From: Bacteroidales bacterium
Lineage (GTDB): Bacteria; Bacteroidota; Bacteroidia; Bacteroidales; PUMT01
Reading direction: 5' to 3'
Length of the DNA stretch: 64,000 nt
Assembly: GCA_007125955.1 (NCBI GenBank)
Contig: SLCF01000051.1
Coordinates: 10,010-74,009, forward strand
Shown here: positions 1 through 10,194 of the stretch, piece after piece
Numbering within the stretch: position 1 is the stretch's first letter
How the letters are laid out: each line of letters begins with the position of its first letter
Program-made: the position numbers and the translations under genes
The notes under the pieces: generated by a model
Seen by the model: the letters and a program-made list of their open reading frames with translations, nothing else
The model's database searches: none
Told to the model about the DNA's origin: nothing

Positions 1-843
1 ACCAACCTGGTCGTAGGAATACTCCACACGCGTGAAATTAGCCCATTCGTTATTAGCTGCATCCCATTTCTGTTCAATCTGCTCATTCATCTGCCCACGC
101 CTGTAACTAATATTGAACCGCACACCCTCTACCCATTGGTCGAGACTCGGACTCCAGGTAAGCCTTACTTCGCGGGTTTTATTACCTCTTAGGTTGTAAG
201 ACATAATATACCTGCCGGTCTGAAACCATTTTTCATCGTCAGTATCCCACTCTTCAACCATAACCTCCGACGGGGGACGGTAAATATTCCTGTAGAGAAA
301 ATTGAACCGCTGGTGATTATTCCATTCCTGATCGTATCCCGAATAAGTTTTTATAATAACTACATTTTTCTCATCCGTCATTGTATACGTTATAAGGTAA
401 AGTATAGTGTTAATCCACTCCTCGGCGGTTCTGCTCCACTCCTGGTACAATATTTCGGCCTCATTGCCCCTGCTGTCGTATGTAGTGGTCTTTAGCCGGA
501 CATTTATCCAGTCCTGTTCATATGGATCCCATATTTGTGTAGTTGACTGCATTTCGAGTCCGTCATCATCAAAATCCCTTAACTCCTGCTGATAATTTTC
601 CCAAACCCGTTTTTCATTGCTCCATCTTTGTGTAAGAACGCTTGAAAGATTCTTGTCCTCATCATAATAATTTATATCACGGGCATAGATCATCCACGAA
701 TCTGCTTCTTCATTCCATTGATAAGTATAGGTGGTATCTACTATATCCCTGTCATAAATTGTAATAATTTCCGGCATGAAAACCTGTGCTGAAGCCATTT
801 GGCTTATCAGTATGAAGAACGGGAGTAGTCGTATAATCTTCAT
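1..843 (-). CDS. secreted tandem-repeat protein, N-terminal part only (C-terminus runs off the left edge)
   Basis: Absent from the ORF track because it is truncated. Hand translation of the reverse strand from ATG (843-841) stays open to position 1, giving 281 codons. MKIIRLLPFFILISQMASAQ looks like a Sec signal peptide. The rest is about 7 tandem ~32-aa units of the form D-x-x-G/K-N ... W-x6-W-x-N ... Y-x-Y. Confidence 0.7.
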   Translation of the reverse strand, partial: MKIIRLLPFFILISQMASAQVFMPEIITIYDRDIVDTTYTYQWNEEADSWMIYARDINYYDEDKNLSSVLTQRWSNEKRVWENYQQELRDFDDDGLEMQSTTQIWDPYEQDWINVRLKTTTYDSRGNEAEILYQEWSRTAEEWINTILYLITYTMTDEKNVVIIKTYSGYDQEWNNHQRFNFLYRNIYRPPSEVMVEEWDTDDEKWFQTGRYIMSYNLRGNKTREVRLTWSPSLDQWVEGVRFNISYRRGQMNEQIEQKWDAANNEWANFTRVEYSYDQVG

Positions 844-1104
844 TTATGCAGAATTAAGCAGATTTATAATTATGACAATATAGCAAATTTATTTATACAT
901 ACTTTGAAAACGAAAAAAAATCTATTTCTGTACAAGTCTGATATGGTTATTGATGAATGTTAACATATCAATATAATTCTCTGTGACTGGCAATATGCTG
1001 AATATAAAATTTTTAAGTCGTCTCTTTAAAAGGATAGTAAAATATTTTCCCGGAAAAATCTATTGATTATTTTTTTATTTATATTTGGGAAAAAATTGAG
1101 AAAC

Positions 1105-1659
1105 ATGGTGAAATTAGTTGAGGCTACTTTAAGTGACAGAAAAAAAGCGTACGACTGGCTTTTTAATTCCGACTTTTCAGATTTTTTGATGAAGCTGGAG
1201 GGCTTTACAAGAGAAACCATGCCCGCTTATGAAGATTTTACAGGTGAATACTGGGACTTCTTTTTCGACGGGACACAACCCGAAAACGGCCGCTGCTTCA
1301 AGATAGTTGACGAATCAAATAACGAGGAAGTAGGTTTCATTTACTATATGGCATTCCATACCAAGGAAGGTGTGGCCGAACTGGATGTCTGGCTCAAGTC
1401 ACTCGAGTTTACAGGAAAGGGGATTGGCCCTTCAGCAATAACAAAGCTTGTTCAAAAACTCAACAAAGAGCTGGGATTCCAAACCTTTTTCATGCGCCCC
1501 GCCAAAGAGAATACCCGTGCCGTTAACTCCTACAAAAAAGCGGGTTTCAATGAAACCGAACTGGTTGCAGAGGATTATTACAAGCCGGAATTTATCGAAG
1601 AATACCGCAAAGGAGGATACGGTGAAGGTAAAGATGTATTCCTCCTAAAAAAAGTTTAA
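1105..1659 (+). CDS. GNAT family N-acetyltransferase
   Basis: The track ORF 1063..1659 starts on TTG, so I used the first ATG at 1105 (MVKLVE...). An acetyl-CoA-binding motif-A-like segment is present: FTGKGIGPSAITKLVQKLNKELGF ... NTRAVNSYKKAGF. Confidence 0.7.
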   Translation: MVKLVEATLSDRKKAYDWLFNSDFSDFLMKLEGFTRETMPAYEDFTGEYWDFFFDGTQPENGRCFKIVDESNNEEVGFIYYMAFHTKEGVAELDVWLKSLEFTGKGIGPSAITKLVQKLNKELGFQTFFMRPAKENTRAVNSYKKAGFNETELVAEDYYKPEFIEEYRKGGYGEGKDVFLLKKV

Positions 1660-1675
1660 AAGTCACTTTGGACTT

Positions 1676-3106
1676 TTAAAATCCCATCCTCACTCCTATC
1701 CTGAATCCCGATTTGGATATATCGGATCTTATATCAGTTTTCCAGCTTTCTTCCACTGCAAAAGCACCATACGGATCGGTATACTGATCTGAATAAGTCC
1801 ACTGCGGCGCCATTGGAATCCCCCTCCAGACATTGTGGTAATAACCGGCAGTAACGGAAAAAATATCGGTTATCTTATATCCTGCACTTATGTCGATACC
1901 GTAATTGAATGTCGATATTGTAGTAACGGTTTCAGGCAGATCAAACGCACCTGAAAGGTACTCGTATCCATAAGCGGTTCCCCGGCCTATAAGAATATTG
2001 TCTTCGTCGTAAACCCTTATTTCCGAACTTTCTACTATATCGTCAATATCTATTCCCCTGCCCGAAAAAGTAGTTTCCCCGCTTATTGCAGATCCGAATG
2101 CAGCAAATGACAAATATAAGGAAGGTGTCAGTCTCCATCCCGCTTCCAGTCCGGCAACAGCTCCAAGCGGACTAAAACTGGCCCTTGAATTGGTCTCAAG
2201 TGTTATGTCATTATTAAATGTCTGCGTCTGATACAATACTGCATCAATTGAATCCCCCTCCTCTATTTCAACTCTTTCGCTCCACTTTTCCGTTTGGCTT
2301 ATATGTGCGGTAATATCAAGCCTTTGTCCAAGATTGTCTCTCCAGCGCCCGTAATGTATTCCCCCAATAACTCTAACTTCAATTTCCTCGTTGCTGACAA
2401 CCGGATGTTTTATTGTAAACTTTAAAGAGTTCATTGAGTTCTCACTGTGGACTGTCCATCTTGTATTTCCTTTGTCAGGAAAAAATGTAAGGTCAAAATC
2501 CCCTTCCTCATTTTCATCAAGGTCCCTGAACCCCTCTACCCAGACTGCAGGGAAGCCCCTGCTTGCATGCAGGTCCCATCCCATATTCCAGAAATTCACA
2601 AGCCCGTATCCCAGGCCTTCTGAAGTGTCATCAGAATACTGGTAATATCCAGGCACACTGCCTGAATCCTTCCAGGAAGACGACACGCGGAACCATGAAA
2701 AACCGAAACGGGTATCCCTGTGCGTATAACCCAGATCAATAATAAAAGGGATCTGTGCGCCGGGATTTGTAATTATTGGCGTTATCTCGTCACCGTAATC
2801 TGAACGGATATTCCAGAAAACATCGTCAGGGAGATTGTTCTCATCAACCCACTGATCATCACTATATAGAAACACTTCAGATCCGAGGTTTTTTGAAGCA
2901 CCCCTCACGGTGAAAGTGCCAGGAAAATAGTGAATTCCGAAATCAAAACCGGTAAGGGTTGTTTCACTATCATTAGTAAAAACAGCAGTTTTGTAATTTT
3001 CGCCGGTTTTTTGGTTCAATAATCCTCTAAAGTTACCATGGTCAGCCTGCCCGTAAGCAACGGAAGACATAAATAAGAGTGCCGGTACTACATACTTTCT
3101 TAGCAT
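1676..3106 (-). CDS. outer-membrane beta-barrel protein, family not recognised
   Basis: Signal peptide MLRKYVVPALLFMSSVAYGQ. The ATG at 3106 is preferred over the TTG at 3115. The sequence has alternating aromatic/Gly-rich strands and a C-terminal ...GVRMGF with terminal Phe, typical of BAM substrates. Confidence 0.6.
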   Translation of the reverse strand: MLRKYVVPALLFMSSVAYGQADHGNFRGLLNQKTGENYKTAVFTNDSETTLTGFDFGIHYFPGTFTVRGASKNLGSEVFLYSDDQWVDENNLPDDVFWNIRSDYGDEITPIITNPGAQIPFIIDLGYTHRDTRFGFSWFRVSSSWKDSGSVPGYYQYSDDTSEGLGYGLVNFWNMGWDLHASRGFPAVWVEGFRDLDENEEGDFDLTFFPDKGNTRWTVHSENSMNSLKFTIKHPVVSNEEIEVRVIGGIHYGRWRDNLGQRLDITAHISQTEKWSERVEIEEGDSIDAVLYQTQTFNNDITLETNSRASFSPLGAVAGLEAGWRLTPSLYLSFAAFGSAISGETTFSGRGIDIDDIVESSEIRVYDEDNILIGRGTAYGYEYLSGAFDLPETVTTISTFNYGIDISAGYKITDIFSVTAGYYHNVWRGIPMAPQWTYSDQYTDPYGAFAVEESWKTDIRSDISKSGFRIGVRMGF

Positions 3107-3122
3107 ATTAACCAATTTTTTA

Positions 3123-3163
3123 ATACTGCTATTTGCAGACTGAAAATCTGCATTAAGCAGTAT
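3123..3163 (-). terminator. long interrupted hairpin between the tex stop and the downstream OMP start (possible terminator or attenuator)
   Basis: ATACTGCT-att-TGCAGA-ctgaaaa-TCTGCA-tta-AGCAGTAT gives 8+6 bp of stem. It lies 6 nt downstream of the tex stop. There is no clean U-run on the minus strand. Confidence 0.35.
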
Positions 3164-3168
3164 ATGAA

Positions 3169-5295
3169 TTATACATCCTTTATGCTCAACTGTATCCTTT
3201 TGCGTGCAACATCAACTTCAATTACCTTAACAGTTACTGTTTGATTTAGTTTAACCACTTCATTCGGATCACGCACAAACCTGTCTGCCAGCCTTGATAT
3301 ATGAACCAGTCCGTCCTGCTTAACCCCGACATCGACAAAAGCGCCGAAATTGGTAATATTTGTCACTATCCCCGGCAAAACCATACCCTGCTTCAGGTCT
3401 TCTATCGAAAACACATCTTTTGAAAATTCGAACACCTCTATCTTTGTTCTCGGATCCCTGCCAGGCTTTTCAAGTTCCATCATAATATCATTAAGCGTGG
3501 GGAGCCCAATATCACCGGTTACATATTTCTCCATATCAATTTTTTTACGCAACTCAGCGCTTTTGAGCAAATCTCCTACAGTTGCCCCTATATCCGATGC
3601 CATTCGCCCGACTATATGGTAGCTTTCGGGATGAACAGCGGAATTATCAAGTGGCTCGGGTCCGTCTTCTATCCTTAGAAACCCCGCACACTGCTCAAAT
3701 GCCTTTTCTCCAAGTCGAGGCACCTTTTTCAGCTCTCCTCTGGTGGTAAACCGGCCCTTCTCCCTGCGGAAGTCAACTATATTTTGGGCAATATGCGGTC
3801 CAAGTCCTGATACATAAGTAAGTAGATGCTTGCTGGCGGTATTAAGATTCACACCAACAAGGTTGACACAGCTTTCCACTTCCCTGTCGAGGCTTTCCTT
3901 CAGCTTTCCCTGATCAACATCGTGCTGGTACTGGCCTACACCAATAGATTTGGGATCAATCTTAACCAATTCCGCGAGGGGGTCCATAAGCCTGCGGCCG
4001 ATAGAAACTGCACCACGCACAGTAACATCATAGTCCGGGAACTCCTCCCGGGCAGTTTTGGATGCCGAATAAACGGAAGCTCCGCTTTCATTAACCACAA
4101 AAACCTGCACCTTGCGGTCAAATTTAACCTTACGGATGAAATTCTCGGTTTCCCTCCCTGCTGTAGCATTACCAACAGCTATTGCCTCGATCTTGTACAT
4201 TGAGGTAAGGGTTGCAATCTTTTTGACAGCAGCTTTTGTTTCCTCCTGAGGCTTGTGCGGATAAATTGTTTCATTATGCAAAAGATTGCCCTGTGCATCC
4301 AGGCAGACCACCTTGCATCCGGTACGGTAACCAGGGTCTATTGCCATAACATGCTTCCTGCCTAGGGGCGGGGCAAGTAACAATTGCCTCAGATTTGATA
4401 CAAAAACCTTTATCGCTTCTTCATCGGCCTTCTCTTTGGAAAGAGACCTGTATTCGTTTTCAATGGAGGGCTTGAGCAGCCGCCTGTAGGAGTCGCGTAC
4501 AGCAACGGCAACATGATCAGAAGATGAGCCTGTCCCCTTAACAAATAGTTTTTCAAGCTTTTCCAATGCTACTTCTTCAGGCGGCTCAACAGACAACCTG
4601 AGAAAACCTTCCTCTTCACCTCTTCTCATTGCAAGAAGACGGTGCGAGGGAGAACGGTTAAGCTTTTCGGCGAAGTCAAAATAATCAGTGTATTTTGTTC
4701 CTTCCTCCTCTTTTCCCTTTGCGACTCTTGAGAAAATGACTGCCTCCCTTTCAAAGTACCGGCGAATTACACGCCGGGCTTTAACATCTTCACTTATCCA
4801 TTCCGCAATAATATCGCGCGCTCCCTGCAATGCATCTTCAGCAGATTTGACTTCATCGTTCAGAAACTCCCCTGCCCTTTCTTCCGCATTCTCCTTCTGT
4901 TTTAACAGAATCTCAGCCAGCGGTTCAAGTCCTTTACTTTTTGCAATAGAAGCCCTCGTCTTGCGCTTTGGCTTGTAAGGCAGATAAAGATCTTCCAGCT
5001 CCGTAAGTTTTTCTGCTGAATCTATGGCTTTTTTGAGCTCTTCCGTCAATGCCCCCTGCTCTTCTATCGATTTAAGTATCGCCTCTCTTCTTTTGTTAAG
5101 TTCGATAAGCCTGTCCAGTTCCTGTCTGACAGCATCCACTTCAGTTTCGTCAAGATTTCCTGTAAGCTCTTTACGGTAGCGGCTGATAAATGGGATTGTT
5201 GCCCCGTCTTCAAGCAACCTTATGGTGTTTTCAACTCCCTTAAGAGGATATGAGAATTTTTCGGAGATTATCTTTGTGTAAAGTGCTTTTTGCAT
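3169..5295 (-). CDS. tex: Tex-like transcription accessory protein (YqgF/RuvC-like, HhH and C-terminal S1 domains)
   Basis: N-terminal IPFISRYRKELTGNLDE is present. The YqgF-like segment is VMAIDPGYRTGCKVVCLD. The C-terminal S1 domain reads GIVTNITNFGAFVDVGVKQDGLVHIS. Confidence 0.9.
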   Translation of the reverse strand: MQKALYTKIISEKFSYPLKGVENTIRLLEDGATIPFISRYRKELTGNLDETEVDAVRQELDRLIELNKRREAILKSIEEQGALTEELKKAIDSAEKLTELEDLYLPYKPKRKTRASIAKSKGLEPLAEILLKQKENAEERAGEFLNDEVKSAEDALQGARDIIAEWISEDVKARRVIRRYFEREAVIFSRVAKGKEEEGTKYTDYFDFAEKLNRSPSHRLLAMRRGEEEGFLRLSVEPPEEVALEKLEKLFVKGTGSSSDHVAVAVRDSYRRLLKPSIENEYRSLSKEKADEEAIKVFVSNLRQLLLAPPLGRKHVMAIDPGYRTGCKVVCLDAQGNLLHNETIYPHKPQEETKAAVKKIATLTSMYKIEAIAVGNATAGRETENFIRKVKFDRKVQVFVVNESGASVYSASKTAREEFPDYDVTVRGAVSIGRRLMDPLAELVKIDPKSIGVGQYQHDVDQGKLKESLDREVESCVNLVGVNLNTASKHLLTYVSGLGPHIAQNIVDFRREKGRFTTRGELKKVPRLGEKAFEQCAGFLRIEDGPEPLDNSAVHPESYHIVGRMASDIGATVGDLLKSAELRKKIDMEKYVTGDIGLPTLNDIMMELEKPGRDPRTKIEVFEFSKDVFSIEDLKQGMVLPGIVTNITNFGAFVDVGVKQDGLVHISRLADRFVRDPNEVVKLNQTVTVKVIEVDVARKRIQLSIKDV

Positions 5296-5376
5296 AAAAA
5301 GTCGATTATTTATACAAAAATAACACTTTTTGGAAAGGGAAGCTGCGGAAAATACTTAATTCAAATATTTCATATG

Positions 5377-8274
5377 CTAACAGTAGGTTTTACTGAGAAT
5401 CTCCTTAACCGTTTCCCACTCTGAAACAATATCGTTCAACAGATGGTTGCAGGAATCCAGGTCGCTGCAGCCGGTATCCTCTGCAACAGAAGCCAGTCTG
5501 GCAAGCTTTTCCAAACACATATTGAGGGCGGCTCCCTTTAATTTATGTGCAGAATCTGTTATAGCTTCAGTATTGTTATCTTCTGCAGCCTTTTCAAGCG
5601 ATTTGATATAACCGGGAAAAACAGAAAGGACTTTTCTCATCATTTTTCTTTCAATCTCTTCGTTTTCATTCACCCTTTCCAGAAACTCTTCCCTGTTAAA
5701 ATGGATTTCACCGCCGCTATCTCCTGCATTTCTGCCCTTAATTTCTTTACCACATGATTTCCCAAGGTATTTTTCAAGTATCCTCTTTATTTCGCCGAGC
5801 TTAACAGGTTTTGTTAAAAAATCATCCATTCCTGCCTCCAGGCATTCTTCTCTCTTTTCTTCAACGCTGCTGGCAGAGAGTGCAATCACAGGCACTCTCC
5901 CATCAGAGCGGGCCTCTTTTTCCCTGATAACCCTTGTTGCCTCTAAACCATCCATTCCGGGCATCTGTATATCGGTTATCACAAGGTCGGGGCTCCTGTG
6001 CTCGAAAACTTCTACAACTTCGTTCCCTTCAGATGCTTCTATTATCTCTGCTGAAGGAATAAAATCTTTTATAATACAGCTCAAAAGGAACATGTTGGTG
6101 GAAACATCTTCGGCTAAAAGTATTACCGGGTTCTCCCGGAAGGTTGAATTATTGACGACTGACTCCACTTTCACCTGCCCAGGAGTATCATCATCGCCGG
6201 TTTTGCCATTGATATATTCCGCTCCTCTTTTTGATCTGTTATTCACATCAAGCAATACCGAAAAAAAATCACCCGGTTTAACCGGCTTGGAAAGCCTGAT
6301 ACATATATTCCCGCCGTCGTAATAAACCGGTTGATCAGGATCTTCATCTGATTTACAAAGCAGCACAACAGGCAAACCTGCAGATGCTCCCTTCAGCTTG
6401 TACCTTAAACGTTTCACATTTTCGGTTCCTTCCTCACACGAATTATGATAGTCCGCTATAATCAAATCAAAATTTTCGGAAGAGTTGAGCTGTTCAGCCG
6501 CCTCATCTTCAGAAGAGCATTCTCTGTAATAAATATCCCAGTTTTTCAGCATATCAAGAGTAACTCCCCTTGTATTCTCATTATTGTCGATCACCATAAC
6601 CCGCCTTAAATGATCAAGCTTACCGGAGTCAAACTTTCTAATCTCTTCAAAACCGGTCTCAATTGAGAAAAAGAATGTGCTTCCCCTGCCCGGTTCACTA
6701 TCCAGTTCAATACTGCTTCCCATTTTTTTAGCCAGCAAAGCGGAGATAACCAGTCCCAAACCGGTACCTCCATATTTCCTTGACGTTGAAGAATCTGCCT
6801 GTGAAAAGGCCTTGAAAAGCTTTTCCTTCTGCTCCCTGCTTATTCCGATACCGGTATCACGTACGACAAACGTGAATCTGCCCTGATTTTCTTCAACCCT
6901 ATTAAAACTCACTTTTAGCTCAATCTCCCCTTTTTCAGTGAACTTAACCGCATTCCCCAGCAGATTGATAAGTATTTGTTTCAGCCTGAGCGGATCAACA
7001 ACAGCAATTCTCGGAACATCGGTATTGATGTTAAGCAACAGTTCAAGTCCCTTTTTTGAAGCCTGGTAGCTGATTATATCGTACGCCTCACCCAGTAATT
7101 CCAAAAGGTCGGTTTTTACAAGGTCAAGTTCAACCCTGCCTGCCTCAATTTTCGAAAAATCCAGGATATCATCTATTATTCTCATTAGCGACCGCGCAGA
7201 AACAGCAGCACTTTCTAAATATTTCCCCTGGGTTTTGTTCAAAGGAGTGTTCCCGAGCAGTTCGGTGAAACCAATAACTGCGTTTAGAGGTGTGCGTATT
7301 TCGTGACTCATGCTTGCAAGAAACCTCGACTTGGTTTTGTTTGCCTTTTCCGCCTGGTATTTTTCGGCAACAAGCTCTTCTTCGGCTCGTATCCGACTAA
7401 TGAGCATCCCGGTAAGATCTGAATATGCTTCCACCAGAGCCGGATTTTTCAGATACCTGTTTTTGCCGAATATGAGAGTGAAGTCTCCCAGCATTACATT
7501 GTCCTTGGTACTCTTTACTAAAGCAACACGACCGGTATTGAAAGTTTTTTCAATAACAGCAACCACTGCAGCAGGAACCACATCCCGGGTCAGATCCCTC
7601 AGCCGGTTGAAATAAATTATTTTCCTATCGCGTATCAATTCTTCCCTGCCAAGGTCGTATTCCCACTTCTTTCCTTTAAAGTTAAATCCGATCATTTTGG
7701 CAGCCTTTTCGATATTGCTGCTTATTCCTTTTATCCCTGCTGTGGTAAAATCTCTGCCGTTTTTGTCAAAAATATTCAGCACTGCATATGATGCACCCGA
7801 TATTTCAGCCATCCTTGCGGCTATTTCATTATAATTTACGTTTTCGGCTGTGGTTTGGTTAAATTTACCCGAAGCATCGGCTATTGTATGCTGGTAGGTT
7901 ATATCGGTGAAAATTTTTGAAAAATAGAATTTTTTCGGTGAATGAACCTGTACCTTATACCATCTTTTTAGTGATGAAGAATAATGGTCATATTCCAAAT
8001 GAACACCTTTTACCGCCACTTCAAAGTATAGTGAAATGTGGGCTGCAAAATCGTCTTCAGCAAATTCACGTATATTAACTGCTTTTTTGCCTGCTATACT
8101 TTCCTTTTTTAATCCTGCAAGCTTTTCGAACATCCGGTTCACCGATACAAATTCATAATCAACAGGATCCCCTTTCTTATCCAGCACTATTCTGCAAAGG
8201 GCATAACCAAAAGGCGCCCTGTTTATCAGATGCTTATCCATAACCGCACCTTCGGCATCAGCGGTTTTCTTCAT
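5377..8274 (-). CDS. soluble hybrid sensor histidine kinase (PAS/GAF-like N-terminus, HisKA, HATPase, two receiver domains, HPt)
   Basis: H-box SHEIRTPLNAVIGFTELL, N-box LLGNAVKFT, G-boxes VRDTGIGIS and GGTGLGLVIS. Receivers are marked by DLIIADYH and DLVITDIQMPGMDG ... LTKPV. HPt motif is HKLKGAALNM. No transmembrane segment is evident. Confidence 0.85.
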   Translation of the reverse strand: MKKTADAEGAVMDKHLINRAPFGYALCRIVLDKKGDPVDYEFVSVNRMFEKLAGLKKESIAGKKAVNIREFAEDDFAAHISLYFEVAVKGVHLEYDHYSSSLKRWYKVQVHSPKKFYFSKIFTDITYQHTIADASGKFNQTTAENVNYNEIAARMAEISGASYAVLNIFDKNGRDFTTAGIKGISSNIEKAAKMIGFNFKGKKWEYDLGREELIRDRKIIYFNRLRDLTRDVVPAAVVAVIEKTFNTGRVALVKSTKDNVMLGDFTLIFGKNRYLKNPALVEAYSDLTGMLISRIRAEEELVAEKYQAEKANKTKSRFLASMSHEIRTPLNAVIGFTELLGNTPLNKTQGKYLESAAVSARSLMRIIDDILDFSKIEAGRVELDLVKTDLLELLGEAYDIISYQASKKGLELLLNINTDVPRIAVVDPLRLKQILINLLGNAVKFTEKGEIELKVSFNRVEENQGRFTFVVRDTGIGISREQKEKLFKAFSQADSSTSRKYGGTGLGLVISALLAKKMGSSIELDSEPGRGSTFFFSIETGFEEIRKFDSGKLDHLRRVMVIDNNENTRGVTLDMLKNWDIYYRECSSEDEAAEQLNSSENFDLIIADYHNSCEEGTENVKRLRYKLKGASAGLPVVLLCKSDEDPDQPVYYDGGNICIRLSKPVKPGDFFSVLLDVNNRSKRGAEYINGKTGDDDTPGQVKVESVVNNSTFRENPVILLAEDVSTNMFLLSCIIKDFIPSAEIIEASEGNEVVEVFEHRSPDLVITDIQMPGMDGLEATRVIREKEARSDGRVPVIALSASSVEEKREECLEAGMDDFLTKPVKLGEIKRILEKYLGKSCGKEIKGRNAGDSGGEIHFNREEFLERVNENEEIERKMMRKVLSVFPGYIKSLEKAAEDNNTEAITDSAHKLKGAALNMCLEKLARLASVAEDTGCSDLDSCNHLLNDIVSEWETVKEILSKTYC

Positions 8275-8653
8275 TTGAAACCTCCATCAGTCTTTGGCAG
8301 ACAAAATGATATGAACAAAACATGGGGGTTCCATACTTTGAAACACCTTATAAGATTTGCTTGCAATAAATAACTCATTGATATTTAAATTGATTAATCT
8401 GGTTTGCGCATGAAAATATCCCTTCAGGTTGATTTGACTTCAAATCATTAAATGAACTGCCATTAATATAATTACCGCCAGATTAAAATTTTGTCTTCCG
8501 TACATCAGATTTTACGTCTTTTCTCCCCTGCGGGTTGCAGTTTTTTTCAAAAATTTCCGGTTATTTTGTTTGTACCCTTATTTAGAAAGGAGAATTTGCC
8601 TTTGTTTTATATTTTTTTTATATGTTTACTTTTATGTTTTACAACATATTTTT

Positions 8654-10159
8654 ATGGTAAAAAAGGTTCTTATTGCCAATCGCGGTGAAATTGCGGTGAG
8701 AATAATCAGGTCGTGCAGGGAGATGGGCATATCCACGGTAGCAGTTTTTTCGGATGCCGACAGAAGATCTCTTCATGTTAGATATGCCGACGAGGCAGTC
8801 CACATTGGCCCTTCACCTTCAGCAGAAAGTTACCTGGTTAAGGAAAAGATCATTGAGGCAGCAAAGATTACCGGTGCAGATGCAATTCACCCCGGTTACG
8901 GCTTTTTGTCGGAAAACGCAGACTTTGCCGAACTTGTCCGCAGTGAAGGGATTATTTTCATAGGTCCTTCTGCCGAAAGTATCAGGCTTATGGGCGATAA
9001 GATCTCGGCAAGGAGCATTATGCTGGATGCCGGTGTGCCGGTAGTTCCGGGATCAAGTGAAAAACTTGCCAATAACCGTTCCGCTGAAGAAATAATTAAA
9101 GAGACCGGTTTGCCCGTAATGATAAAAGCTTCAGCCGGTGGTGGCGGGAAAGGGATGAGACTGGTATATAAAGAGCAGGATATAAAAAGTTCCCTGGAAG
9201 CTGCAAAATCTGAGGCAAAGGATGCTTTCGGCGATGATTCGGTATATATTGAAAAATATATTACCAGTCCGCACCACATAGAATTCCAGGTGCTGGCGGA
9301 CAAGTACGGGAATATTATACACCTCTGCGAAAGGGAATGTTCGGTTCAGCGCCGGCACCAGAAAATTGTGGAAGAGACGCCGTCTCCCCTTATGACAGAC
9401 GGGCTGAGAAAAGAGATGGGCAACAAGGCCATTGAAGCAGCAAGGTCGGTTAACTACGAAGGAGCCGGAACAATAGAGTTCCTGGTTGACGACAAGCTCA
9501 ATTACTACTTTCTTGAAATGAACACACGCCTGCAGGTTGAGCATCCTATAACCGAAAGGGTTACAGGTGTTGATTTGGTAAAGGAGCAGATCAGAATCGC
9601 ATCGGGTGAACCCCTCTCATATAAGCAGGGAGATATTTTCCAGGACGGGCATGCAATTGAATGCAGGGTATATGCGGAAGACCCGGGGAATGATTTCATG
9701 CCCTGCCCCGGGAAGGTGGTAAAAATTACCGAACCTATGGGACTTGGGGTGAGGACAGACGGGTATGTTTACGAAGGTTACGAGGTACCTGTACACTACG
9801 ACCCCATGATATCCAAGGTCATTACATGGGGAAAAACAAGGGAAGAGGCAATAGACCGGATGCTGAGGTCATTGAAGGAGTATAACATTATGGGGATAAA
9901 AACCACAATAGACCTTCTTGAAAGGATTATGGAAATACCCCGGTTCAGGGAAGGAAGATACGACACCCATTTTATTGAAGAACACTATGATGAACTGCTT
10001 GGCCCGCGTGACCATACGGAAAAAACAGGGGACCTGGCAATGATTGTTGCTTATCTGGAATATGCCGGCAAAAGAGACCTGATGAAAAACGGGGAATCAT
10101 TTAACAGCCACTCTAAATGGAAAATTGAAAACAGGAGAAAAAACCTTTCGGGTCAATAA
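8654..10159 (+). CDS. accC: biotin carboxylase subunit of a biotin-dependent acyl-CoA carboxylase
   Basis: Start moved to the ATG at 8654 (MVKKVLIANRGEIAVRIIR). ATP-grasp glycine loop GGGGKGMR is present, with EMNTRLQVEHP downstream. Confidence 0.9.
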   Translation: MVKKVLIANRGEIAVRIIRSCREMGISTVAVFSDADRRSLHVRYADEAVHIGPSPSAESYLVKEKIIEAAKITGADAIHPGYGFLSENADFAELVRSEGIIFIGPSAESIRLMGDKISARSIMLDAGVPVVPGSSEKLANNRSAEEIIKETGLPVMIKASAGGGGKGMRLVYKEQDIKSSLEAAKSEAKDAFGDDSVYIEKYITSPHHIEFQVLADKYGNIIHLCERECSVQRRHQKIVEETPSPLMTDGLRKEMGNKAIEAARSVNYEGAGTIEFLVDDKLNYYFLEMNTRLQVEHPITERVTGVDLVKEQIRIASGEPLSYKQGDIFQDGHAIECRVYAEDPGNDFMPCPGKVVKITEPMGLGVRTDGYVYEGYEVPVHYDPMISKVITWGKTREEAIDRMLRSLKEYNIMGIKTTIDLLERIMEIPRFREGRYDTHFIEEHYDELLGPRDHTEKTGDLAMIVAYLEYAGKRDLMKNGESFNSHSKWKIENRRKNLSGQ

Positions 10160-10194
10160 ACAACCACTTAACACAACAGTAAAAATTAAACATC

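Noticed and set aside
8570-8653. The ORF track gives N-terminal extensions for accC (8570). The same applies to GNAT (1063), guaB (30217), surA-like (33740), the OMP (49857), LolA-like (50839), patatin (26780), DUF5063-like (28037), TraR-like (58768) and lysC (63957).
   Set aside because: Most begin on TTG/GTG and encode junk-like or AT-rich peptide before a canonical conserved N-terminus or signal peptide that starts at an internal ATG. The internal ATG was used instead.
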